The notes under the pieces are model-generated. The model did no database searches and was not told the origin of the DNA. It saw nothing but the letters and a program-made list of their open reading frames with translations. A program made the position numbers and the translations under genes. Below are positions 52,950-62,602 of a stretch of 64,000 nt of DNA, in pieces. This DNA comes from Candidatus Doriopsillibacter californiensis (GTDB lineage Bacteria; Pseudomonadota; Gammaproteobacteria; Tethybacterales; Persebacteraceae). Numbering within the stretch: the first letter of the stretch is position 1; each line of letters starts with the position of its first letter. The stretch is from contig JANQAO010000003.1 of assembly GCA_030386295.1 (NCBI GenBank), forward strand, positions 48,114-112,113. The letters are read 5' to 3'.

Positions 52950-53969
52950 TTGAGGCGCCGTGTTTTTATATCATTGTTAATGTTGCCTGCCGCTTTTATC
53001 GGTGGGCGGGAATTGTGGCAGCAAAACGAAAGAAAAAAATGGAAAGCGCTGTTTTCTCGAACGTGGTCGGTGGATGCTAGTGTTCGTATTCCGTCCGGAG
53101 CGACTTTGCGTGACATTGCTGTTTTAAGTGTTGCTGTTGGCGCGCCGGTTAGCGAAACTGAATTTATAGACTTAGCGACTCGCCAACAGGTTTCGACTAA
53201 ATTACGCTCCGGACGTTATCGTTTTGCCGCTGGTGATAATATGGAAAAAACACTTGCGGATATGGTGGTGGGTAACGTTATTGCCGAACGTTTTACTATT
53301 GTGGAAGGAACAACTATCGCGCAAGTGAGAAAAAAATTGGCTGCTGACGAGCGATTGCAAAACGACATTAAAAACATGAATGATAACGACATTCATCAAG
53401 CATTAGATATTAACCAGTCGTTTCTGGAAGGATTATTTTTGCCTGAAACTTATTTTTTTGAAGAAGATGACAAGGCGCTTAACATCTTGCGGCGATCACA
53501 TCGCAACATGAAAAAAACATTGAATTCGTTGTGGGCAAAACGAAATGATAATAATTTGCTCTCCACTCCAGAAGATGCGTTAATACTGGCTTCTATTGTG
53601 GAAAAAGAAACTGGTGTAGCGGAAGAGCGGCCGCTGATCGCATCAGTATTTGTCAATCGGTTGCGGCGAGGCATTCCGTTACAAGCTGATCCTACGGTTA
53701 TTTATGGTTTGGGAGAAAGTTTTAACGGCAATCTCACTCGCAAGCATTTGCGTGATAAATCTAATTCCTACAATACTTACGCCCATCGAGGCCTACCGCC
53801 AACGCCCATTGCTTTGCCCGGAAAGGCAGCAATAGAGTCGGTGCTTAATCCGCCTGACACGGCGTACTATTATTTTGTTGCCACCGGTGATGGAAGGCAT
53901 GTTTTTTCTGAAACGTTGCGCGCGCATAATAATGCGGTGAATAAGTATCAACGGCGACAAAAACGTTGA
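52950..53969 (+). CDS. mltG: endolytic murein transglycosylase MltG (YceG)
   Basis: An N-terminal TM segment and a YceG domain (LQADPTVIYGLG, YNTYAHRGLPPTPIALPG). It occupies the conserved position before tmk. Confidence 0.9.
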   Translation: MRRRVFISLLMLPAAFIGGRELWQQNERKKWKALFSRTWSVDASVRIPSGATLRDIAVLSVAVGAPVSETEFIDLATRQQVSTKLRSGRYRFAAGDNMEKTLADMVVGNVIAERFTIVEGTTIAQVRKKLAADERLQNDIKNMNDNDIHQALDINQSFLEGLFLPETYFFEEDDKALNILRRSHRNMKKTLNSLWAKRNDNNLLSTPEDALILASIVEKETGVAEERPLIASVFVNRLRRGIPLQADPTVIYGLGESFNGNLTRKHLRDKSNSYNTYAHRGLPPTPIALPGKAAIESVLNPPDTAYYYFVATGDGRHVFSETLRAHNNAVNKYQRRQKR

Positions 53970-54589
53970 AACACGGTAATTTCATCACTTTTGAAGGATT
54001 GGATGGTGCAGGAAAAACGACTCAGGCAGCATTGTTGGCGGCTACTTTGCGACAATCAGGCAAGGAAGTCATTGAAACACGTGAGCCGGGAGGCACTGAA
54101 ATAGGTGAATCTCTTCGTTCTTTGGCTCTCAAAACAGAGGGGTTGGACGCCGTAACCGAAACTTTATTAATGCTGGCCGCACGCCGTGAACACATACATC
54201 ATCTTATTAATCCAGCGTTGGCGCGAGGAGCTTGGGTCATTTGTGACCGTTTTAGTGACTCGACCTACGCTTATCAAGGTGGTGGGCGGGGTGTTTGTCA
54301 AAAATGGCTGCATGCTTGTCTCAGCGAAGTAGAAAACAGTTTGCAGCCGGCGGTTAGCTTTTATTTAGATGTGCCGCCGACATTTAGTGCACATCTGTCA
54401 TCCAAAGATGTTTTTGAAACGGCGGGAGACAGTTTTTATAGCAGTGTTAAAAAGGCTTACCAAAAAATAATAATCGACAACCCTAAACGTGTTGTTTCTA
54501 TTTCTTGGGAAAAAAACGGTGTCCGGCGGACAAGAGAAAGTATTGCTGAAGAAATTGCCGCTGTCGTTCGAGAGCGTTTTTTTAAATGA
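53966..54589 (+). CDS. tmk: thymidylate kinase
   Basis: A P-loop FITFEGLDGAGKTT and a DRFSDSTYAYQGGGRG lid region. Confidence 0.9.
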   Translation: MKHGNFITFEGLDGAGKTTQAALLAATLRQSGKEVIETREPGGTEIGESLRSLALKTEGLDAVTETLLMLAARREHIHHLINPALARGAWVICDRFSDSTYAYQGGGRGVCQKWLHACLSEVENSLQPAVSFYLDVPPTFSAHLSSKDVFETAGDSFYSSVKKAYQKIIIDNPKRVVSISWEKNGVRRTRESIAEEIAAVVRERFFK

Positions 54590-55443
54590 CGACAGTGTTG
54601 CCTTGGCATCAGTATTTGGTGAACACAATTTCGTTCGCATCGGCAACGCTGATTACGGGACATCCCGGTGCAGGTAGTGAATCTTTGGCTTTAACGCTGG
54701 CTACAGTATTTGCGGATACGACAAGCGAGGCTGCTGATGCGGACATTATCGTTATTCGCCCAGAAAAAAATACCATTACTGTGGATGCGGTTCGTCAGGT
54801 AGTTGAGTTTTGCGCGTTAGCACCGCTTGTGGCACGGAGAAGGGTGGCTGTTTTTATTGATTCGGAGCGCATGAATATTGCTGCCGCTAATGCACTACTC
54901 AAAACGCTAGAAGAACCGAGTGCTGATAAAGCGCTTATTCTATCTGTTCATTCTCCCAGCTTACTGCCGCCGACTGTTACTAGCCGTTGTCGTATCTTGT
55001 TTGCTCCGTTGCCAACGGAAGCTGAAGCGGCAACGTGGTTACAAGCAAATGGTGGTGACGGAGAGTCTCTTTCCTTTTCTGGTGGTCTACCATTGGCGGC
55101 ACTCAATACAGACATGCAAGCGGTGCGCACCGCAAAAGACTTGTTTAGTCAGGGAAATGACATTAACACTGCTGCTGCGGTTAAGACTTTGGTTTCCATT
55201 GACCTCTGGTTAGATTGTCTGCAAAAATGGACGGCAGACGGTGTACGAGCTGCAATGGGGCTTACCGCACGCTATTTTCCTGGTTCCGAATCGATACTCA
55301 GTGCATTGTGCGCCGACCCTCGTCGCTGGTTGGACGGTCATGCTCGCTTGTTAGATCAACGTCGCCTTGCTGCGCATCCGCTGGCACAAGATTTATTTAT
55401 TTATAATGCACTGAATGAATACCGCCTCATTTTCACTCATTGA
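54586..55443 (+). CDS. holB: DNA polymerase III delta' subunit
   Basis: 285 aa in the conserved mltG-tmk-holB-tatD syntenic position with an AAA+-like fold (LLKTLEEP, TSRC). It lacks a Cys-rich zinc module. Confidence 0.7.
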   Translation: MTTVLPWHQYLVNTISFASATLITGHPGAGSESLALTLATVFADTTSEAADADIIVIRPEKNTITVDAVRQVVEFCALAPLVARRRVAVFIDSERMNIAAANALLKTLEEPSADKALILSVHSPSLLPPTVTSRCRILFAPLPTEAEAATWLQANGGDGESLSFSGGLPLAALNTDMQAVRTAKDLFSQGNDINTAAAVKTLVSIDLWLDCLQKWTADGVRAAMGLTARYFPGSESILSALCADPRRWLDGHARLLDQRRLAAHPLAQDLFIYNALNEYRLIFTH

Positions 55444-56203
55444 CTCTCATTGCCATCCGCACTTTCCGCCGTTAGGAGATGACAGACAAGCTGTGCTTAC
55501 GACAATGCGAGAACATGAAGTCAGCGCCGCCTTAGCCGTAGCGACAACGCATATGGAAATGGAGGCAGTCAGGGGGCTGGCAAAACAGTATCCGGGAATT
55601 TTTTATGCTGCTTGCGGTGTACATCCACTCAGTAACGATACCGAAGACGACAGTGAAGCGGCGCTTGTGCAGGCTTGTGGAGGGGACGTTTTAGCTGTAG
55701 GTGAAACGGGCTTAGATTTTTTTCGTGGGCAGGAAACGGAAGCCATGCAACGACGACGTTTTGCTGCTCACATTGCCGCCGCTCGAAAATTACAAAAACC
55801 ATTAATTATTCACACTCGTGATTCGCAAGATGCGGTATTGGATATGTTGCGCGCCGAAAATGCTCGTGACGTTGGTGGTGTATTGCATTGCTTCACCGGG
55901 GATGCTAAACAGGCGAGGGCAGGGCTGGATATTAATTTCGTGGTGTCATTTTCCGGCATTGTGACATTCAAAAAATCTATCGCTATGCGTGATGTTGCGC
56001 GACTGATGCCAGCCGATGGTTATTTAGTTGAAACTGATTCACCTTATCTTGCTCCTGTTCCCTACCGAGGTAAAACTAACACGCCGGCTTATGTGCGTTA
56101 TGTTGCCGAAACAATTGCCACTGTTCGTGGTCAAACATTAGCGCAAACAGCGGCAGAAACTTCCGCCACATTTAACCGGATATTTAAAAAATCAGTTGAT
56201 TAG
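55415..56203 (+). CDS. TatD-family metal-dependent hydrolase (YcfH-like)
   Basis: LIDSHCHPHF, GETGLDF and HCFTGD match TatD signatures. It overlaps the holB stop. Confidence 0.85.
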   Translation: MNTASFSLIDSHCHPHFPPLGDDRQAVLTTMREHEVSAALAVATTHMEMEAVRGLAKQYPGIFYAACGVHPLSNDTEDDSEAALVQACGGDVLAVGETGLDFFRGQETEAMQRRRFAAHIAAARKLQKPLIIHTRDSQDAVLDMLRAENARDVGGVLHCFTGDAKQARAGLDINFVVSFSGIVTFKKSIAMRDVARLMPADGYLVETDSPYLAPVPYRGKTNTPAYVRYVAETIATVRGQTLAQTAAETSATFNRIFKKSVD

Positions 56204-56272
56204 TTGTTTTATAGATTTCGTTTATTAATCTTTTGGTAAGCAATTAGTTGCGGACTGCGTCATGCAGTAATT

Positions 56273-57277
56273 TTATTTTGTTAACCCCAGTACTTCTTCC
56301 CAGAGTGCTCGCGGCAAGGTAATGCCGTGTCGTGTGGCAAATTCTCGAGTGGTGCGACTATTTTCACCGGGTAGGCGGGTGTTGGGCGCTGCTTCTGCGA
56401 TGCGACAAAAAAGCCGCTCCATCTGTGCGTGAAAATTTTCCTGCTGCGGAGCAATTGCAATAAGAAGTTGACCGATGTATGGCGGCGTACCACTATCGTC
56501 AAAAAATGATGAGGCGTCAAAAGCTAGATTACCACCGGCCAGCGGCGCACACAGTATTTCTACCATCAGCGCGAGTGCGGAGCCTTTGGCCTCTCCCATT
56601 GGCAGCAGAGCGCCTGCAAGAGCTGCTGTTGCATCGGTGGTAGGTTGCCCAGTTGCGTCTACCGCCAAGCCCTGAGCGATGGATTCGCCTCGCTGTTTGG
56701 ACGCCATGACTTTGCCTCGCGCTATTTTGGATAGCGATAAATCGACAAATAATGGTGGGGCGTTTTTGCGTGGCGCGGCAAAAGCAATAGGATTAGTACC
56801 ATAAACGGCAGCGCCAACAGGCCACGGCGCCATGGCTTTGGGAGAATTGCTAAACGCCAATGCCAGTAGTCCAGCGGCAGCTAGTTGTTCTGCCCAATAC
56901 CCCATGCGCCCACTGTGATGTGAATGATTCACGGCGGCACAAGCAATGCCAGCAGCGGGTGCAGTTTCTATTAATTTACGAACAGCCAATTCTAGTGCAG
57001 GATAAGCAAAGCCGGAAGCAGCGTCTATTTGCACGTAACCCGTTTTTAATTGTGTGGCAGTAGGTATGGCATTACCGCAAATCTTGCCAGTACGTACCTG
57101 TGCCACATAAGCCTGTAGCCGTCGTAGACCATGTCCTTGCTGACCGCATGCATCGGCGTCGGCAAGAGCCATTGCGGTTGATTTTGCCGCAACGTCGCTA
57201 ACGCCGGCAGTAGTAAGCACGTTTTGTATTGTGACGGTTAACTCAGTTACTGAAACGATAATGTTATCGTCACTCAT
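56273..57277 (-). CDS. Ldh_2-family (malate/L-lactate/sulfolactate) dehydrogenase, ComC-like
   Basis: 334 aa. The N-terminal half (GQQGHGLRRLQAYV, NHSHHSGRMGYWAE) is typical of type-2 malate/L-lactate dehydrogenases. It is the last gene of the TRAP-dehydrogenase cluster. Confidence 0.75.
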   Translation of the reverse strand: MSDDNIIVSVTELTVTIQNVLTTAGVSDVAAKSTAMALADADACGQQGHGLRRLQAYVAQVRTGKICGNAIPTATQLKTGYVQIDAASGFAYPALELAVRKLIETAPAAGIACAAVNHSHHSGRMGYWAEQLAAAGLLALAFSNSPKAMAPWPVGAAVYGTNPIAFAAPRKNAPPLFVDLSLSKIARGKVMASKQRGESIAQGLAVDATGQPTTDATAALAGALLPMGEAKGSALALMVEILCAPLAGGNLAFDASSFFDDSGTPPYIGQLLIAIAPQQENFHAQMERLFCRIAEAAPNTRLPGENSRTTREFATRHGITLPRALWEEVLGLTK

Positions 57278-57293
57278 TTATTTATGGTGCAAT

Positions 57294-58265
57294 TTATGGA
57301 ATTAGTACAATTTTAGGCGCTGCAACATTGCCGGCCAATAAGTCAGCAAAAGCTCGCGCACCGTCACTTAGCGGGCGCGTTTCAAACCAATCTAGTGCCC
57401 CAAGTTTACCTTTGCCCATCCATTCTACTGTTTCTTTGAATTCGGTCATGGTGTACGTATAAGAACCAACTAAAACAATTTCTTGTAGCGTGAGGCGACG
57501 CATATCAAAACCACCATCAGCTGACGCCAAGCCAATATGCACGACCACGCCGCCTGGTGCGGTTATGGTAGATGCCTGCCGTCGTGTTTGTTCATGTCCA
57601 ACGGCATCAATCACCACGTCCATCGCTGTTGGCAGAGCTTCGGGAGTAACAATATGGAAGTTTCCCGTTTTTTCTAGGGCTTTTCGCCTTCGTGGATTAT
57701 TGTCAGCAATCCATACTTCTTTGGCACCACGTGCAGTTAGTGACAAGGCTGACGCCAAACCAATGGCGCCGCCGCCCAACACTGCTGTTTGACACTCGGC
57801 TAGCGAGCGACGGCTATGCACCACGCCTAAACCGGCAGTATGATGACCGCAAGCAAGTGGTTCTGCTAGCGACCCTTGCTGTAAAGATAATGAATTCGGT
57901 AGTGGTACGATATTTTGTGGCGGTATGGCTAGTTGCTCAGCAAATGCACCGGCGCGTGGTGGCATTGAAATAATTTGCCGTTGAAGGCATAGATTGGAAC
58001 GTCCAGCGCGGCAATAATCACAAGTTTCACATACTACTAGCGGATTAACGGTAACACGAGCGCCACTGGGAAGCATTCCCGCCGCTTCGTGTCCTAGAAT
58101 AAGTGGTGGTGGGCGGCGCTCGTCGTGTCCCAAATAAGCATGCATGTCTGAACCGCAAATGCCGACGGCATTAACATCAATAAGGGTATTGTCGTTATCT
58201 GCAATGGAATTAGGTTGTTCACAAAAACGAAGATTTTGTGAAGATTCATACAGAAGTGCTTTCAT
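57294..58265 (-). CDS. zinc-dependent medium-chain alcohol dehydrogenase (HpsP-like position)
   Basis: The GICGSDMHAYLGHD...ILGHEAAG zinc-ADH signature, and a structural-zinc Cys cluster (CETCDYCRAGRSNLC). Confidence 0.75.
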   Translation of the reverse strand: MKALLYESSQNLRFCEQPNSIADNDNTLIDVNAVGICGSDMHAYLGHDERRPPPLILGHEAAGMLPSGARVTVNPLVVCETCDYCRAGRSNLCLQRQIISMPPRAGAFAEQLAIPPQNIVPLPNSLSLQQGSLAEPLACGHHTAGLGVVHSRRSLAECQTAVLGGGAIGLASALSLTARGAKEVWIADNNPRRRKALEKTGNFHIVTPEALPTAMDVVIDAVGHEQTRRQASTITAPGGVVVHIGLASADGGFDMRRLTLQEIVLVGSYTYTMTEFKETVEWMGKGKLGALDWFETRPLSDGARAFADLLAGNVAAPKIVLIP

Positions 58266-58431
58266 GGTGCGCTCTTTTTGGATATAGACAGGCTCATTTT
58301 TTTGTCAAGGAAGAATTTAATGTTAACAGGAAAAACTTTAATCCTATACGGGCGATGTTAATAATTGTATCGGAATTATTTTATTATTTTTGTAAAAATA
58401 TGTTGGTATTAGTTAATTTAAATAAAAGAAG

Positions 58432-59223
58432 TTACTTTGCCAAAAAACCACCGTCTACAGGTAATAACAGCCCGGTCAAATATGCCGCAGCTGAGGAAGC
58501 TAAAAATACCGCGGCACCATCCATATCAGAAAGTGCCCCATTGCGTCCCAATAGGGTTGATGCCGCCAATTTTTCTATTAATTCTTTATCTTCAAAGACA
58601 ATGTCAGTCATTTCACTGGGGAAAAACCCGGGAATGAGCGCATTGACGGTAATGCCGCGCTCGCCCCACGCTCGTGCTAGTAGCCGCGTAAGTTGCGCTA
58701 CACCGCCTTTGGAAGCGCCATAGGCAGCATCTCCTAGTCCTGCGCGCAGCGATTGCAAAGAACCGACATTGATGATAGCACCGCCTTTATCCATACCGGT
58801 TGCTAATTCTCGTGATAAAAAAAATGGGGCGCCTAAATTAACAGCCAACGTTTTTTCCCAATTATCTAGGGTGATTGCTGATGTGGATTCGGCAGGGTCA
58901 GATGAAGATCGCAAATTAACGCCGGCGGCGTTTACTAAAATAGACGGTGCGCCAAAACACGCTGCTGCTTCCACCGCCGTTTGCGGAATGCTTCTAGTAT
59001 CAGACAAATCTGCCGTAACTACTGCAGCTTGGTTGCCTCCACAAACATTAATAATTTCAGCCGCTGCATCATCAAGCTTGTTTTTACGCCGTCCAATGAG
59101 TACTGTGCGAGCTCCAGCTTGTGCCAGTGCCAGACCGATACGTCGCCCAATGCCAGTGCCGCCGCCGGTGATAACTGCCACCCGTCCGTGAAGACCGAAT
59201 AGGTTATTAATGAAATTGTTCAT
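58432..59223 (-). CDS. short-chain dehydrogenase/reductase (HpsO-like position)
   Basis: TGGGTGIGR in the Rossmann fold, the NAAG motif, and a YGASK catalytic tetrad region. Confidence 0.75.
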   Translation of the reverse strand: MNNFINNLFGLHGRVAVITGGGTGIGRRIGLALAQAGARTVLIGRRKNKLDDAAAEIINVCGGNQAAVVTADLSDTRSIPQTAVEAAACFGAPSILVNAAGVNLRSSSDPAESTSAITLDNWEKTLAVNLGAPFFLSRELATGMDKGGAIINVGSLQSLRAGLGDAAYGASKGGVAQLTRLLARAWGERGITVNALIPGFFPSEMTDIVFEDKELIEKLAASTLLGRNGALSDMDGAAVFLASSAAAYLTGLLLPVDGGFLAK

Positions 59224-59238
59224 AGCGGCTGCTTTCAG

Positions 59239-60564
59239 TTAGCTGTTATCGGACAAGTTTTCTGATTGTAGAATAAATTTTTCATCGGGAAACCATTTCG
59301 CCAAGCGCAAATCCGCAGTGCGGGCGTGTCCTTCCATGCCTTCTAATCGCGAAATACGTGCCGTAGCGGCACCAATATCGCGATTGGCTTCGCGCGTCAT
59401 GCGTTGCCAAGTAACGGTTTTCATGAATTTTGCGACTGATAGACCACCAGTGTAACGTCCCGCGCCTTTTGTAGGCAAAATATGATTGGGTCCAGACACT
59501 TTGTCACCGTAAGCCACAGTGGTTTCTTCACCCAAAAAGAGAGAACCGTAATTTATAAGACGAGATTGCCACCAATCCAAGTTAGCGCAGTGTACTTCTA
59601 GATGTTCAGCCGCATAACGGTCAGATAGCACTGCCGCGTCTTCTTGCGAATCGGCTACAGCCACTTCACCATATTCTTGCCACGATTGCATGGCGTGAGA
59701 GCGGTTAGGTTCTGGTAATGCTTCTATCATCTGTGGTACCAATTGCATAACCTTATTTGCTAATGAAGATGACAATGATATAAGCCACGCTGGTGAGTTG
59801 GGGCCGTGTTCTGCCTGACCTACCAAGTCGCAGGCGACGATTTCAGCATCTGCCGTATCGTCTGCAATAACAAGAATTTCTGTCGGACCAGCAAACATGT
59901 CAATGCCGGTAAATCCATACAATAACCGTTTGGCCTCGGCTACATATTGGTTGCCAGGACCGGCCAGCACATCAGCAGAGTGACCAGAAAACAAGCCAAA
60001 GGCCATAGCCGCAATGCCTTGCACACCACCTAAATTCAAGATATGATCAGCGCCGCATAAATCTAACGTGTATAAAATTGCCGGATGCATACCGCCGTGC
60101 GCATTGCTAGGTGGTGAGCAGGCGATTATGTTTTTTACACCTGCTTCTTTGGCTGTGCCCACGCTCATAATCGCCGATGCTACATGTGCGTAGCGGCCAC
60201 CCGGGACATAACAACCGGCGGTTTGTACGGGCACATGACGATGACCGGCGGTTACTCCCGGGTGTAATTCGGTTTGTGCATTGGGTAACCATGATTTTTG
60301 GGCGCGGGCAAAAGTGCACACTTGCTCACGGGCAAAAGCGATATCATTACGAATTGATTGCGGTACCCGCTTAGCAGCGGCAGCCCGAGCTTCAGGAGAA
60401 ACGAGAATGTCACCATCCCAGCCGTCAAAATTACTGGTATAACGTCGTGCAGCTTCTTCGCCACCGCTTTCAATATCGTCTAGCATAGCGCGTACTTTGT
60501 CTCGCACATCACTTTCGCCGCTAGAAGCAGATTTTGGAGCTTTTTTTAAGAATTCAATAGACAT
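59239..60564 (-). CDS. histidinol dehydrogenase-family enzyme (sulfopropanediol 3-dehydrogenase HpsN-like)
   Basis: 441 aa with a HisD fold (GPGNQYVAEAK, QAEHGPNS). It is not in a his operon but sits inside a TRAP-transporter/dehydrogenase cluster. Confidence 0.8.
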   Translation of the reverse strand: MSIEFLKKAPKSASSGESDVRDKVRAMLDDIESGGEEAARRYTSNFDGWDGDILVSPEARAAAAKRVPQSIRNDIAFAREQVCTFARAQKSWLPNAQTELHPGVTAGHRHVPVQTAGCYVPGGRYAHVASAIMSVGTAKEAGVKNIIACSPPSNAHGGMHPAILYTLDLCGADHILNLGGVQGIAAMAFGLFSGHSADVLAGPGNQYVAEAKRLLYGFTGIDMFAGPTEILVIADDTADAEIVACDLVGQAEHGPNSPAWLISLSSSLANKVMQLVPQMIEALPEPNRSHAMQSWQEYGEVAVADSQEDAAVLSDRYAAEHLEVHCANLDWWQSRLINYGSLFLGEETTVAYGDKVSGPNHILPTKGAGRYTGGLSVAKFMKTVTWQRMTREANRDIGAATARISRLEGMEGHARTADLRLAKWFPDEKFILQSENLSDNS

Positions 60565-60581
60565 ATATTTCCCTTTCTACT

Positions 60582-61922
60582 TTAATTATTGTTGTTACTT
60601 GTACCGTAAATGTACTCTGGTAGCCATAGCGCAATTTGCGGGAAAATGATAATCAGAGCTAAGCCGATTAGCTGGATAATCATAAATTGAATCATGCCAT
60701 AGTAAATATCTTTTAAAGGCCATTCCGGTACGACGCCTTTTAAGAAGTATGCTGATAGGGCTACCGGTGGTGACAGCCACGCAGTTTGTAGATTAACGGC
60801 AACCAAAATACCAAACCATAGCAAGTTAATGTCTAATTGTTCAACGAGTGGTATCAAAATTGGCACGATAATCAACACAATTGGAACCCACTCCAGTGGC
60901 CAGCCCAGTAAAAATATTAATGCCATTATGAGCATCAATGTTCCCATTTGGGACAACTCCAAACTGAGTAATAATTCGGTCAGCATTATTGGTGTTCCCA
61001 AACGAGAAAATACCGCACCAAAAAAATTGGATGCTGCCACCAATAATAAGATTAGTGCTGAAATTTCCAAAGTCTTAATCAGCGCATCGTTCATTTTTTT
61101 CCAGGTTAATCGGCGGTATGCTAGCCCTAGTAATAAAGCGCCAAAGGCACCACAGCCAGCTCCCTCGGTTGGCGTGGCAAAACCTAACAAAATACTACCC
61201 AACGCGGAGAACACCAGTAACGATGGTGGCACTAGGCCAAGAAAAAATTCACGCCAAATTTCTCCCATGTTTTCAGCTCGTTCAGCTACTGGCATAGCAG
61301 GACCTAACTTGGGATTAATAATACAGCGACCAACTGCATATAAGGCATATAGTACCGCCATCATGATTCCAGGAATAATGGCGGCAGCAAACAAATCAGT
61401 TACTGGTACTTCAAGTACAGGACCCATTACTACCAGCATGATGGATGGTGGAATAAGAATGCCTAGCGTTCCGCCTGCGGTAATAGTGCCAGCTGTTAAC
61501 CGTATATCGTAGTTGGCACGATTCATTGTTTTTGCTGCCATGATGCCTAAAATCGTCACCGAAGCACCAACAATACCAGTAGCGGCGGCGAAAATAGTAG
61601 AGACAAATAATACAGCTAGGTAGAGTGCACCTCGAACTCTAGACAGCATTAGCCGTACGGCCTCAAATAGCCGTTCCATAAGTCCGGCCTGTTCCATTAG
61701 GATACCCATAAACACAAATAGCGGTACTGCGGCTAATGTCTGTTCCAACATGACGCTGTTAAACTGCAGAGTCATTAAATAAAAAACGACTTTACCGAAT
61801 CCGAGATAACCAAAAACAAAACCTAAAAAGAGCAGAGTAAAAGAAATTGGAAAGCCGATAAAAATTGCAAAGAGCATTACTCCTAGCATAACGAGACCGA
61901 GTATTTCTGGGCTCATGGCCAA
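60582..61922 (-). CDS. TRAP transporter large permease (DctM family)
   Basis: 446 aa with about 12 TM helices and DctM similarity along the full length. Confidence 0.9.
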   Translation of the reverse strand: MAMSPEILGLVMLGVMLFAIFIGFPISFTLLFLGFVFGYLGFGKVVFYLMTLQFNSVMLEQTLAAVPLFVFMGILMEQAGLMERLFEAVRLMLSRVRGALYLAVLFVSTIFAAATGIVGASVTILGIMAAKTMNRANYDIRLTAGTITAGGTLGILIPPSIMLVVMGPVLEVPVTDLFAAAIIPGIMMAVLYALYAVGRCIINPKLGPAMPVAERAENMGEIWREFFLGLVPPSLLVFSALGSILLGFATPTEGAGCGAFGALLLGLAYRRLTWKKMNDALIKTLEISALILLLVAASNFFGAVFSRLGTPIMLTELLLSLELSQMGTLMLIMALIFLLGWPLEWVPIVLIIVPILIPLVEQLDINLLWFGILVAVNLQTAWLSPPVALSAYFLKGVVPEWPLKDIYYGMIQFMIIQLIGLALIIIFPQIALWLPEYIYGTSNNNN

Positions 61923-62521
61923 ATCCCTCTTGTCATCGCATAATAACTTTTAAGGGCTTCTGATACGCCCTGAATGAGCAACAGCAAGACCCCAATAGGC
62001 ATGGCGCTACGTGCTGGTGCGAGGTAAGGCATCCACGCCGAATCCATGCCACGTTCTCCGCTTTTCCACGCATCAAAAGCATAATCTGAGCATACCCATA
62101 AAAAGATAAGCATGCCGGGAAAGTACAACATAAAATAAAGAAAAAAGTCTACTGTCCCCTGCGTGCGTGGAGACCATAGACGGTATAAAAAGTCGGCGCG
62201 AATATGCACTCCACGCATTAGCGCATAGCCCGAGCCCAACATAAACATAGCACCATAAATCATGCGACTAAGGTCGTATGCCCACATGGTAGGAGCAATG
62301 AAAACGTAGCGGACAAATACCTCATACACCATGGCGGTGAATAACGGTACTGTCATCCAGCAAACAATTTTCCCCACGCGCAAGCTAAATTTGTCAATGC
62401 TGACAATGAGGCGTGCAGCTAGCGGCGACATATCATCGGGAAGACCAGTAGATGAGTCTCGCCGTTCGGCGATTAGTTCATCAACTAAATCAATTTCTGG
62501 TTCATCAGTTTTTTGATTCAT
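61913..62521 (-). CDS. TRAP transporter small permease (DctQ family)
   Basis: 202 aa with four TM helices. It overlaps the dctM start by 10 bp. Confidence 0.8.
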   Translation of the reverse strand: MNQKTDEPEIDLVDELIAERRDSSTGLPDDMSPLAARLIVSIDKFSLRVGKIVCWMTVPLFTAMVYEVFVRYVFIAPTMWAYDLSRMIYGAMFMLGSGYALMRGVHIRADFLYRLWSPRTQGTVDFFLYFMLYFPGMLIFLWVCSDYAFDAWKSGERGMDSAWMPYLAPARSAMPIGVLLLLIQGVSEALKSYYAMTRGIWP

Positions 62522-62542
62522 GACTCACACTCTCTCTTGTGA

Positions 62543-62577
62543 CAAAAAAAATACCCGCCGCAAAAAAGACGGCGGGT
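62543..62577 (-). terminator. intra-operon hairpin plus T-run between the TRAP binding-protein gene and the permease genes
   Basis: On the plus strand, AAAAAAAATACCCGCCGCAAAAAAGACGGCGGGT. On the minus strand this is an 8-bp perfect stem (ACCCGCCG/CGGCGGGT) followed by ATTTTTTTT. It lies between the dctP stop (62603) and the dctQ start (62521). Confidence 0.5.
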
Positions 62578-62602
62578 AAATAAAGAAAATATTGTTTCTT
62601 TA

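Noticed and set aside
56245-56279. Possible bidirectional terminator between tatD and the Ldh_2 gene
   Set aside because: Only a 5-bp stem (ACTGC/GCAGT) with an interrupted T-run, which partly overlaps the Ldh_2 coding end. This is too weak to call.
60829-61512. 227 aa plus-strand ORF
   Set aside because: It is antisense to the dctM permease. It is a shadow ORF typical of GC-skewed membrane-protein genes.
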